Origin: Myxococcota bacterium
Lineage (GTDB): Bacteria > Myxococcota_A > UBA796 > UBA2385
Length of the DNA stretch: 64,000 nt
Reading direction: 5' to 3'
Assembly: GCA_044344255.1 (NCBI GenBank)
Contig: JBIJDH010000011.1
Span: 32,001 to 96,000, forward strand
The notes beneath the pieces were generated by a model, which was not told the origin of the DNA, did no database searches, and was given only the letters and a program-made list of their open reading frames with translations. Shown here piece after piece: positions 53,768 to 62,818 of this stretch (positions are counted from its first letter, which is position 1; every line of letters begins with the position of its first letter). The position numbers were made by a program, and so were the translations under genes.

Positions 53768-56125
53768 TCAGCCCAGGCTGCGAAAGAGGCGCGCGCCCCG
53801 GAGGCTCGGGCGGGCGCTGGGAGGGTCACCGAAGCGGGCCGCCGAGCGGGCCAGGCCGAGGGTGCTCGACCAGGCCCCCCCCCGGGCGCTGATGAAGTCC
53901 ACCTCGGGGCCCGCGGGCCGGTGGACGAGGCGCTCACCATCCCCCGCGGGGCCCTCCTCCATCCAGCGGTTGCCGCAGAGGTCGCGCACGTTGCCGGCGA
54001 GGCCCCGGATGCCGTAGACGCTCTCGTCGAGCGGGAAGGCGTCCACCGGCACGGGCTCCGGCAGGGTCTGGCTCTGTACGATGCAGGAGAAGGCGGGATC
54101 GGCGAAGTCGCCCCAGGGGTACCGTCGACCGTCCACCCCGCGGGCGGCCTTCTCTCGCTCGAGCTCGTTCGGGAGCCGCCACCCCAGCCCCTCGAACAGC
54201 AAGAGCGCCCCGCCGAGGTCGATGTTTCGCACCGGCAGGCGCAACCAGCGCAGCGGGTCCACCTCCGGCGGCGGCCCGAAGCGGCCGTCGGGGAGCCGGT
54301 AGAAGGTGGGGGCGCCCTCGAGCGGGTGCGCAGGGCGCTGCGGCTCACGCGGGACGATGCGCAGGGCCTCCTCCACCCGATCGGCGGCGAGGAGCGCGTT
54401 CAAGTGGTGGAGCAGCTCCCCCTGGGAGAGGGGGAAGCGCCGGCAGACAAAGCCGTCCACCCAGACCCTGCGGGCGGTGAGGGCGTCGGGGGCCTCCGCG
54501 TCTCCCCCGGCGAGGAACCAGCCTGCGGGCACGTAGACGTCGTCGGGGCCGAGCTCGTCGGCGCGGGGGAGGTAGATGGGCAGGGGAGCGGAGGCCCCCG
54601 GCGGCAGCCCGTCCCAGCGCCCGGCCCGCGGCAGGGAGACCGGGTACCGCACGGGCGCGCGGCCCTCCGCCTCGACCTCCAGCAGGTAGCTCCCGGGCGA
54701 CAGGGTGAGGTCGAGGAGCGGCGTTCGACCGAGCTCGCGGGCGGGCCCGGGCTGGAGCTGCCGATCGACCAGGGAGAGCGGGCGGAGGCGGACCGGCGCC
54801 CCCGCAGGCTCGGTGTGGAGGCTGAGGGAGGCCGTGCCTGCGAGCCAGCGGCGGTGGTGACCACGATCGTGCTGGCGGAGCATCCACTCGGCCCGGGCCG
54901 CCGCTCCGACCTCATGTGCGGCCTCGGCGGCCTCCAGGGCCTCCCGATGATGGCGGGCGAGGCGGAGGTGGGCCTCGTGGAGGTCGGGGACGAGCTGGAG
55001 CGCCCCCTGCAGCCGCTGCTCCCACACCACCTGCTCGAGCGTGGCCTCGCGGAGGGCGGCCTCGGCCTCGTCCTGGAGGGCCCAGGCGGCTCGCTTCCGC
55101 TCGACCGGGTCGGCCCCCTTCACCCCGTCGAGCCGGGCGGCGGCGGCGCGGCCCCGGGCGGCGGCCTCCGCGCGCAGGGCGGTGATGCGGGGCGCGAGGG
55201 CGTCGGCCTCGGCGACGAGGAGCAGCGCCCGCCCCCGTCGCTCCCGGCCCTCCTGCACCGCGCGCACGGCGGCGGAGAGGGCGGCCACGTCGGGGAAGCG
55301 CACGTCGGGGTCGGCCGAGAGGGCGCGGTGGCAGATCTCACCGAGCTCATGGGGCACCTCCGCCGCGGGGTCGCGGAGGCGGACATCCTCCGGGGGGCCC
55401 CGCAGGGTCGCCGCCAGCAGCTCCCCGGTGGTGGAGCCCTCATAGGGGGGCTGCCCAGAGAGCATCGTGTAGAGCACGGCCCCGAGGCTCCACTGGTCGG
55501 AGCGCGGGGTGGGCAGCGCTCCCCGACCGGCGAGGAGCTCGGGGGCGATGTAGCCCGGCGTGCCCCCGAGCTCGCCCCCGAGCGGCGGAGCGTGGGAGAC
55601 GCGCAGCCCGGCGCGGAGCAGCGTCGCGAGGCCCCAATCGAGGACCAGCACCTCGCCGAAGTCGCCGAGGATGATGTTCTGCGGCTTCAGATCCTGGTGC
55701 AGCACCCCGCGGCTGTGGGCGAAGGAGACGGCGTCGCAGACGGCCTGAAAGGCGCCGAGCAGGCGGTGCAGCCCCCAGTCCGGCGGCGGGGCGCGGAGCA
55801 GCGCGTCGAGGCTGGCCCCCGCCACCCGCTTCATCACGTAGTACAGCCGCCCATCCTCGGCGACGCCGGCGTCGTAGACGGGCACGATGTTCGGGTGCTC
55901 GAGCTGCCCGGTGATGCGGGCCTCGGCCACGAAACGCTGGAGCGTCGCCCGGTCGGCCCCGACCTCCTCCCGGAGGATCTTGATGGCCACCTCTCGGCCG
56001 ATCTCCGGGTCCAGCGCCAGGAGCACCCGGCCCATCCCCCCGCGCCCGAGCTCCCCCTGCAGCCGATAGCGGCCGAGGCGCTCCTCCACTCCCGCCGCCT
56101 CACCCGTCCTCGTGTCACCCGCCAT
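53768..56125 (-). CDS. Ser/Thr kinase - helical/PEGA-like - FGE-sulfatase (SUMF1) domain protein
   Basis: LGRGGMGRV, VAIK, HQDLKPQN, DWG, GTPGYIAPE; YVPAGWF..G, RLPNELEREKAARG.DGRRYPWG, YGIRGLAGNV, RGGAW. Confidence 0.9.
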   Translation of the reverse strand: MAGDTRTGEAAGVEERLGRYRLQGELGRGGMGRVLLALDPEIGREVAIKILREEVGADRATLQRFVAEARITGQLEHPNIVPVYDAGVAEDGRLYYVMKRVAGASLDALLRAPPPDWGLHRLLGAFQAVCDAVSFAHSRGVLHQDLKPQNIILGDFGEVLVLDWGLATLLRAGLRVSHAPPLGGELGGTPGYIAPELLAGRGALPTPRSDQWSLGAVLYTMLSGQPPYEGSTTGELLAATLRGPPEDVRLRDPAAEVPHELGEICHRALSADPDVRFPDVAALSAAVRAVQEGRERRGRALLLVAEADALAPRITALRAEAAARGRAAAARLDGVKGADPVERKRAAWALQDEAEAALREATLEQVVWEQRLQGALQLVPDLHEAHLRLARHHREALEAAEAAHEVGAAARAEWMLRQHDRGHHRRWLAGTASLSLHTEPAGAPVRLRPLSLVDRQLQPGPARELGRTPLLDLTLSPGSYLLEVEAEGRAPVRYPVSLPRAGRWDGLPPGASAPLPIYLPRADELGPDDVYVPAGWFLAGGDAEAPDALTARRVWVDGFVCRRFPLSQGELLHHLNALLAADRVEEALRIVPREPQRPAHPLEGAPTFYRLPDGRFGPPPEVDPLRWLRLPVRNIDLGGALLLFEGLGWRLPNELEREKAARGVDGRRYPWGDFADPAFSCIVQSQTLPEPVPVDAFPLDESVYGIRGLAGNVRDLCGNRWMEEGPAGDGERLVHRPAGPEVDFISARGGAWSSTLGLARSAARFGDPPSARPSLRGARLFRSLG

Positions 56126-57668
56126 CGAGGTGCTTGTTCTTCAGGCGGAAGATGGTGCGCTTGGTCACGCCGAGCAGCCGCGCCGCCTCGGAGGCCGAGC
56201 CGCCGGATTGGGTCCAGGCGGTGAGGAACTCCGGTTGGCCGACGGTCAGGCGCCGGGGCCCGGCCGCCTCGGCGGTGACGAGCCGGACATCGTCGATGAC
56301 GCCGCTCTCCCCGGCGAGCAGGGCCGCGCGGTCGAGCACATGCTCGAGCTCCCGCACGTTGCCCGGCCAGGGGTGCCCAGAGAGGCGGTCGAGGGCTCGG
56401 CGGCTGAGCCGCAGCGGTCGGAGCCCGTGGCGGGCCACCGTCGCGGCGAGGATGTGCTGGATGAGGGGAGGGAGGTCTTCGGGGCGCTCCGAGAGGGGCG
56501 AGAGCTTGACCGAGGCCCCCGCGATGCGGAAGTAGAGGTCCTCCCGGAGGCGACCGGCGGCGATGGCCCGCTGAGGGTCCGCGTTGGTGGCGGCGACGAT
56601 GCGCACGTCGAGCCGGATGGGCTCATTGGAGCCGAGGCGGGTGATGCTCCGCTCCTGCAGGGCCACGAGCAGCTTGACCTGGCCCGAGATGGGCATGGTG
56701 TCGATCTCGTCGAGGAAGAGCGTGCCCCCGTTGGCCCCCTCGAAGCGCCCGATCCGCCGCCCGCGGGAGCCCGTGTAGGCCCCGGCCTCGCTCCCGAAGA
56801 GCTCGCCTTCCAGCAGCGCCTCGGGGACGGCGCTGCAGTTGAGGTGGACGAAGGGGCCCCTCGCCCGGCGGCTCCGCTGGTGGAGCGCGCTCGCGAGGCG
56901 GCTCTTGCCGGTGCCGGTGGGCCCGGTGATCAGCACGGGCACGTCATACTGGGCGAGGCGGGAGAGCTCGCGCAGCTCGGAGAGGAGGACCGGCGAGCGG
57001 GTGACGAAGCCGGGGAAGGGCTCGGCCATCGCGGCCTCGGCGGCCCGACTGAGCTGCTCGGCCACCACCGGCAGCCAGGCCGAGAGCGCCTGCAGCGCCC
57101 CAGCGTCGAAGCGCCCACGGGCGAGGGTGTGGTCGAGGTAGACGAAGCCGAGCGGCTTGCCCCCCTGGAGGATGGGCAGGCAGGCCACGCTCCGGAGCCC
57201 GAGGCGCTGAACGGAGCCGCGCTCCTTCCAGGTGGAGCGGGCGTCCTCGGCGGTGACGGCCGCGCCGCTCTGCAGGGCCTCCGTGATCACCCCGGTGGAG
57301 ACCTCGCCCTGAGGCGCCTCGATGTCCTCCGCCGCCAGGGCCCGGGCCTCCAGGAGCCGCCAGCCGCCCCCGGGCTCGATGAGGCCGACGAAGCCGCGCT
57401 CCGCCCCGGACACCGTGATCATCACGTCGAGCACCTCGCTCGCCACGAAGCCGGCGCCCTGGGCGGTCATGAGGCGGAGGGTGCGGTCGAGCAGGAGCTG
57501 GTGGCGGACCAGCTGCTCGTCCCGCTGCTGCTGCTCCCGCTCTGCCCGATCGAGCTGCTGACGGACGCGCAGAAAGTCGATGCGCAGCGCAGGCTCCAGG
57601 GAGACAACGCCCTCCTCCAGCGCGTGGAGGAGGTCCCGGGCAGCGGAGAGGGGCGGACGCAAGGGCAT
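56115..57668 (-). CDS. GAF-domain sigma54-dependent enhancer-binding protein with Fis-type HTH (paralog B)
   Basis: GAERGFVGL...LRSVACLP..GFVYLDH; GPTGTGKS, EGELFGSEAGAYTGS, GTLFLDE, LREDLYFR, WPGNVREL; AARLLGVTKRTIFR. Overlaps the kinase start by 11 nt. Confidence 0.9.
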   Translation of the reverse strand: MPLRPPLSAARDLLHALEEGVVSLEPALRIDFLRVRQQLDRAEREQQQRDEQLVRHQLLLDRTLRLMTAQGAGFVASEVLDVMITVSGAERGFVGLIEPGGGWRLLEARALAAEDIEAPQGEVSTGVITEALQSGAAVTAEDARSTWKERGSVQRLGLRSVACLPILQGGKPLGFVYLDHTLARGRFDAGALQALSAWLPVVAEQLSRAAEAAMAEPFPGFVTRSPVLLSELRELSRLAQYDVPVLITGPTGTGKSRLASALHQRSRRARGPFVHLNCSAVPEALLEGELFGSEAGAYTGSRGRRIGRFEGANGGTLFLDEIDTMPISGQVKLLVALQERSITRLGSNEPIRLDVRIVAATNADPQRAIAAGRLREDLYFRIAGASVKLSPLSERPEDLPPLIQHILAATVARHGLRPLRLSRRALDRLSGHPWPGNVRELEHVLDRAALLAGESGVIDDVRLVTAEAAGPRRLTVGQPEFLTAWTQSGGSASEAARLLGVTKRTIFRLKNKHLDGG

Positions 57669-57775
57669 CTCGGGGTTGTACCGCGGAGCGCTGCCGACTG
57701 GCGAGGGGGGCGAGCAGGTCGCCCGACTCGCCCGGCAAAACGGACGGGCGGACACGGGCGTGGTAAGGCAAGCCC

Positions 57776-58396
57776 ATGCAGAAGCTCCTCGCCGGCATCC
57801 GCGAATTTCGCAAGACCACCCGCCCGAGTTACCTCGCAAAGTTCGCGCACCTCGCCCACGGGCAGGCCCCAGACTGCCTGCTGGTGGCCTGCTCCGACAG
57901 CCGCGTCGTGCCCAACCTCTTTGCCAGCACAGACCCGGGTGACCTCTTCGTCGTCCGCAACGTCGGCAACCTCGTGCCGCTGCCCGCCCCCGGCGAGGGC
58001 GACCGCTCCACCCTCGCCGCCATCGAGTTCGCGCTCTACGCCCTCAACGTGCGGGACATCATCATCTGCGGCCACTCGTCCTGCGGGGCGATGCAGGCCC
58101 TCCTCACCGGGGAGCTCCCGAAGGGCGCCTCTGTGCTGCCGGGCTGGCTCGACCTCGCGCGCCCCGTGCTGCCTCGCCTCCCCGACTGGCCCACCGTCGG
58201 CCGAGACCTCCCCCCGGAGGACCGCCTGTCGCAGATCAACGTCCTCGAGCAGCTCACCCACCTCAGCCGCCACCCCGGCGTGGTCGAGCGGATGGCGGAG
58301 GGCCGCCTGGCGCTGCACGGCTGGTGGTTTGACCTCGGCGCGGCGGAGGTCTCCCGTTACGAGGCGGATCAGGGGCTGTTTAGACCGATCCTCTGA
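57776..58396 (+). CDS. Beta-class carbonic anhydrase
   Basis: ACSDSRV, PGDLFVVRNVGN, CGHSSCGAM, LHGWWFD. Confidence 0.95.
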   Translation: MQKLLAGIREFRKTTRPSYLAKFAHLAHGQAPDCLLVACSDSRVVPNLFASTDPGDLFVVRNVGNLVPLPAPGEGDRSTLAAIEFALYALNVRDIIICGHSSCGAMQALLTGELPKGASVLPGWLDLARPVLPRLPDWPTVGRDLPPEDRLSQINVLEQLTHLSRHPGVVERMAEGRLALHGWWFDLGAAEVSRYEADQGLFRPIL

Positions 58397-58465
58397 GCCC
58401 AGCCAACGGCTGCCGCGCCGCGCTCCCCCCCGCGTTACCGGCGGCGCCCCCCCCCCGGAGCCCTC

Positions 58466-59461
58466 ATGCCCCTCCGCCCCTGCCGACGCCCACGCTGCCG
58501 CTGGCTCCTCACCCTGTCCCTCCTGCTCGGCGCCTGCGGGAAGGGAGCGGGGGACAGCGGGGGCGACGGGGGCGCGGACGGAGGGGGTGAAGAGGCGGCG
58601 CTGCTCGATCATTACACCCTCTCGGGTGACACCCTGTTCCCGGAGAGCATCGCCTTCCACGCGGGGCAGCGGGCCTTCTTCGTGGGCAGCCTCGAGACGG
58701 GCGTCGTGACCCGCATCGAGGCCGACGGCGCCCAGTCGACGCTCTACAGCCCGGAGGCGGGCTGGATGTCGCTCGGCCTCAAGGTGGCCCCCTCCGCCGG
58801 CGACGTGTGGGTCTGCGCGACCTACCACTACGGCGAGCCCGACGTGACCTCCTCCCTCTGGGTGCTCGACCCGGCGTCCGGGGCGCTCCTCCACGACCAT
58901 GACCTCGGCGCCGTGGCCCCCGGGGCCGTGTGTAACGACCTCACCTTCTCTCCCACCGGCGACGTCTACATCACCGACCGGGAGGGCCCGAACCTCTATC
59001 GTGTCCAGTCCAACGGCACGGTCGAGCTCTGGCTGACCGACCCCGCCTTGAGCCCAGTCGCGATCGGTCAGAACGGGGTCGCCTGGACCCCCGAGGGTGA
59101 CCTCCTGGTCGGCAAGTATGCGCCCCCCGAGCTCCTGCGTATCGGCACCGGGGAGAGCCCGACGATTGAGGCGGTGACGGTGTCAGGAGACGGCCTCGGC
59201 TCGATCCCCGACGGCCCTGACGGCTTCGCCTGGCTGGGCGAGACCCTCGTCATCGCGGCCAACACGCAGGCCTTCCTGCTGTCCTCCACCGACGGCTGGG
59301 TGACGGCCTCCTCCTCCCTCGTCGTCCCGGAGGCGCCGATCGCCGCCGTCACGGTGGCCGAGGGCCGAGTCTATGGCCTCAAAGGAGAGGTCGTCCCCTG
59401 GGTGCTCGGCCAGGAGGTGGAGCTGCCCTTCGCCTTCTTCGACCTCGAGATCGCGCCCTGA
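58466..59461 (+). CDS. Lipoprotein, SMP-30/gluconolactonase-like beta-propeller
   Basis: LLGAC lipobox; FPESIA, CNDLTF..GDVYITD, QNGVA, PDGFA. Confidence 0.75.
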   Translation: MPLRPCRRPRCRWLLTLSLLLGACGKGAGDSGGDGGADGGGEEAALLDHYTLSGDTLFPESIAFHAGQRAFFVGSLETGVVTRIEADGAQSTLYSPEAGWMSLGLKVAPSAGDVWVCATYHYGEPDVTSSLWVLDPASGALLHDHDLGAVAPGAVCNDLTFSPTGDVYITDREGPNLYRVQSNGTVELWLTDPALSPVAIGQNGVAWTPEGDLLVGKYAPPELLRIGTGESPTIEAVTVSGDGLGSIPDGPDGFAWLGETLVIAANTQAFLLSSTDGWVTASSSLVVPEAPIAAVTVAEGRVYGLKGEVVPWVLGQEVELPFAFFDLEIAP

Positions 59462-59480
59462 GGGCGCGCGGAGGAGTCCC

Positions 59481-60983
59481 GTGACGCTCCAGCCCGAGGT
59501 GCAGACCCTGTGGCCCGGCCTGCTCTTTGACGGCCGGACGGGCCTGTCCTACGGCCTGTCCCCCGCCGTGGTGGAGCGCTGGCTCGGAGGTGAGGCGCCA
59601 GGCCCGCTCGTCCTCTCCCGCGCCGCCGCCCTCGGGATGATGGGTGGCATCGACATCCTCGCCTGTCGGGTGCTCCCGAACCCGGACGCGCTCCTGCTGC
59701 CGGCACGGCCGGCGCTGCTCCTCCCTCACCCCTTCGAGCAGGGCCCAGGTGGCCACGCGCGCCACCTCTGGCCGCTCTCACCCGCGGGGCTGGCCCTCTG
59801 GCGCGCCCCAGGCCCCACCCTGCGCGACCGCGCTCGACAGGCCCGACGGACGGAGGCGGAGGCCCTGTCCTTCGCGGCGAGGGCGGTCGGTGCGGGGGTC
59901 CAGGCCTGGCGCCTGCTCCCCCCTGGGCTGCGGGTGCCCTTTCGGCTGGTCACTCCGCCCCGGCCCGCCGCGCCCCGCCCCGCGGGCATGCTCTCAGCAG
60001 AAGGAGAGACCCAGCTCGGCGAGTGGCACCGCACGCTCGCGCACGGGGAGGGGCACTTCGACGAAGTGGAGACCACCCTCGCCTGGTCTTTCGGCCTCCC
60101 CCACCCCGCCCTCGGCGGACAGACCTATGGGGCACGCCTCGCGGGGGCCCTGTCCGAGCGGGGGCTGCTGCCGAGCAGGAGGCGGCGCCCGTCCGGCACG
60201 ATGGGGTCGCTGCAGATCGTGGAGATCGGCCCCGGCAGCGGGGAGGTCGCCCGCGCGCTGCTCGACCACCTCGGCCCCGACTGGGGGGGCCGCTACACCC
60301 GCGTCGAGGGGAGCCCGGGCCTGCGGGCGGTGCAGCGGGCCCTGCTCCCAGAGACCGATGAGCTCGCCGCCCTCGTGCCCCCCCTCGACCTGCCCGACGC
60401 TTCCGTCGATCTCCTGCTCGCCAACGAGGTCATCGCCGACCTCAGCAGCGCGCCTTGGGCGCCTGGCGAGGGGGGCCCGGTGGCCGAGTGGGTGGGGCGC
60501 TTCGGCCTCCACGTCCACCCCGGGCGGGCCTGGTACAACACCGGCTCCTTCGCGCTGCTGCTGGAGATCGGCCGCGTGCTCCGCCCGGGCGGGGCGGCGG
60601 TGCTCACGGAGTTCGGGGATGAGGAGGGCGCCCCCGAAGAGGCGGCTCACCTCGACCACGCCGAGGTGGGGATCTGCTGGGCGCACCTCGCCACCCTCGC
60701 CCGGGCGCTGGGGCTCGAGGCGACGCTCTGTCCGGTCGCCGAGCTGCTCCGAATGGACCTCGGCGCCCCCTGGCTGAGGCGAGGGCATTGGGCCTCGCTG
60801 CGGGCCCTCGCTCACCTCCACGGTCAGTCCCTCCCCGCTCGCGCCTGGACCCTGCGGTCCCTGCCCACCCCGCCTGAGCCCGTCGAGGGACTCGCAGAGG
60901 TCACCCTCCGGGAGCGGGGCGCCGGGCCCGACGTCGGGCGGTTCAGCGCCCTGATCCTCCGGCGATCGGCACTGAATCGCTGA
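59481..60983 (+). CDS. Class I SAM-dependent methyltransferase (MidA/NDUFAF7-like motifs) with N-terminal extension
   Basis: IVEIGPGSG, YTRVEGSPGLRAVQ, LLLANEVIADL, RVLRPGG; GGAGGAG RBS before GTG 59481. Confidence 0.75.
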   Translation: MTLQPEVQTLWPGLLFDGRTGLSYGLSPAVVERWLGGEAPGPLVLSRAAALGMMGGIDILACRVLPNPDALLLPARPALLLPHPFEQGPGGHARHLWPLSPAGLALWRAPGPTLRDRARQARRTEAEALSFAARAVGAGVQAWRLLPPGLRVPFRLVTPPRPAAPRPAGMLSAEGETQLGEWHRTLAHGEGHFDEVETTLAWSFGLPHPALGGQTYGARLAGALSERGLLPSRRRRPSGTMGSLQIVEIGPGSGEVARALLDHLGPDWGGRYTRVEGSPGLRAVQRALLPETDELAALVPPLDLPDASVDLLLANEVIADLSSAPWAPGEGGPVAEWVGRFGLHVHPGRAWYNTGSFALLLEIGRVLRPGGAAVLTEFGDEEGAPEEAAHLDHAEVGICWAHLATLARALGLEATLCPVAELLRMDLGAPWLRRGHWASLRALAHLHGQSLPARAWTLRSLPTPPEPVEGLAEVTLRERGAGPDVGRFSALILRRSALNR

Positions 60984-62793
60984 GCTCGGCGGGGTGTTCG
61001 GGGTCACCGAGGGGGTCCCATGCGGGGAGGTCCACCGCCGCGCCGATCGGCGGGGGTGTCCAGGACACCGAGCCCACCCCCACCATGCGCCGCCAGATGA
61101 AGTGCGAGTCGTCCACCGAGCGGTCGAAGGTGAAGCGCACGACGGCGGGGCGGCCATCGTCTGTGATCTCGACCACCTCGATCTCGTGGTCGGGGCGAGA
61201 GAAACGCTCCCCCACCCGGAAGGGCGTGTCATCCCGAAAGAGCTGCTCCGCGGTGCGAGCCAACCACCCCTCCGGCGAGCGCACGAGGAGCGTGCGGGCG
61301 TCGGGGCGCTCGACGTGGAGCGAGGCCGACGCAGTGGCCAGGAGCACCACGGCGCCGGGGGCCGGCTCTTGTTGGAGCGCTCGAATGACCGGCACGTAGG
61401 CGGTGGCGAACTCAATCCCGGAGAGCAGCACCACGGTCTGTCCGCGGACCGCCTCGGTGCGGGGGAGCGTAGACTCCACCCCCTCGGCCATCAGCCCGAA
61501 GGCCGGGAGCACCCAGAGCTTCCCGGCGAGGAGCGCGGCGGCGACGGGCAGGTGCAGGGTGAGGAGCGCTCGGTGGCCGCCCCCCACGCAGAGGGTGGCG
61601 ATGAGCCCGAAGGCCCCGATCCCCGAGAAGGTGAGCAGGCGGTCCATCGGGAAGGTCGCCGTCGGGGGCACGAGCGCGAGCAACATCCCGAGCGCGTAGA
61701 AGGCGGCGGTGGGGCGCCCGCGGAGCTCCGGCCAGACCCGGACCGCGAGGGTAGAGAGCAGGGCGATGAGCCCGATCGCGACGCCCCACTGCGCGGCGTC
61801 GGGGAGGTTCGTCGAGGGGGAGACCGGGAGCTGGAGCCACTGGGCGCCGAGGAGCCAGGCCCCGCGGAGGAGGGCCACCGGCGCGAATTTGAGGGGGTCG
61901 GCGCCGGGGTCGATGTAGAGGCCGGAGCCGTGGGCCCCCGCGCCCGTGGTCGCCCAGATCATCCGCCAGGCGACCGTGACCAGGGCATAGGGGAGGAGGG
62001 GCGCGAGGCGCCGTCGGTCCAGACAGACCTGATAGGAGAACAGATAGGCGCAGGTGGCGATGGCAGACTCGCCGGCGAAGAGCCCGAGCCCAAACGCGAG
62101 GACGCCGAGCACGGCGTACGGCCACCGCCCCGTCCGGCGCCAGCGGGCGTGCCCCAGGAGGGCGGCGGCGCCGAGCACCAGCGTGATGAGGCCGTTCCGG
62201 TTCGCGATCCAGCCCGCCGGGAGCGCGTGGGCGTCCTCCACGGCGAAGAGCAGGACGGCCAGCCCGGCCAAGGCGCCCGGGCCCTCGATCTCCCGATAGA
62301 GCCGGCCGACGACGAAGACCGCGAGGCCCAGCCAGAAGAGGCTGTGAAGGTGCTGCAGGACGGGAGATCCGGGCCACACGGCGTGATCGACCACATGCGT
62401 GAGCGAGGACAGGGGCCGGTAAAAGGCCATGTGGAGCTCGGGGTGGCTCCACCACGGGGTGATGCCGAGCGCCGCCATCGACGCCTTCACCTCGGGCTCG
62501 TTGGGGACGAAGAAGAAGAGCCGATCGAGGGGATCCCCTGCGCCGAGCGGGCTTCGCTCCTGCAGGACGAGCTGATGCACGAGGTCGTCGACCTGGAAGC
62601 CCGAGCCCACGATCGGCAGACAGAGCGCGACCGCGAGCAAGGGGGCGATCCAAACGACGGCCGACCGCGTGCAGAGGGCGATGAGGCGTTCGAACAGGGG
62701 GGGCTCCGTGGGCCGCAGCCTACCAGAGGGCGACGCGCAGAATTCACGCACGAGGGGGCTTGTGGAGCCGCTCCTCGCTCCGCTATGGTCCAT
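60943..62793 (-). CDS. Polytopic membrane protein, GT-C/PMT-like glycosyltransferase-like
   Basis: GFQVDD, FYRPLSSL, HLHSL, WIANR, GESA motifs and multiple TMs. Start uncertain. Confidence 0.65.
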   Translation of the reverse strand: MDHSGARSGSTSPLVREFCASPSGRLRPTEPPLFERLIALCTRSAVVWIAPLLAVALCLPIVGSGFQVDDLVHQLVLQERSPLGAGDPLDRLFFFVPNEPEVKASMAALGITPWWSHPELHMAFYRPLSSLTHVVDHAVWPGSPVLQHLHSLFWLGLAVFVVGRLYREIEGPGALAGLAVLLFAVEDAHALPAGWIANRNGLITLVLGAAALLGHARWRRTGRWPYAVLGVLAFGLGLFAGESAIATCAYLFSYQVCLDRRRLAPLLPYALVTVAWRMIWATTGAGAHGSGLYIDPGADPLKFAPVALLRGAWLLGAQWLQLPVSPSTNLPDAAQWGVAIGLIALLSTLAVRVWPELRGRPTAAFYALGMLLALVPPTATFPMDRLLTFSGIGAFGLIATLCVGGGHRALLTLHLPVAAALLAGKLWVLPAFGLMAEGVESTLPRTEAVRGQTVVLLSGIEFATAYVPVIRALQQEPAPGAVVLLATASASLHVERPDARTLLVRSPEGWLARTAEQLFRDDTPFRVGERFSRPDHEIEVVEITDDGRPAVVRFTFDRSVDDSHFIWRRMVGVGSVSWTPPPIGAAVDLPAWDPLGDPEHPAELSDSVPIAGGSGR

Positions 62794-62818
62794 CTTCACG
62801 GCTGATGGGGGTGGGAAG

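Noticed and set aside
53768..54560. FGE domain as a diversity-generating retroelement target
   Set aside because: No reverse transcriptase and no template repeat seen in the window.
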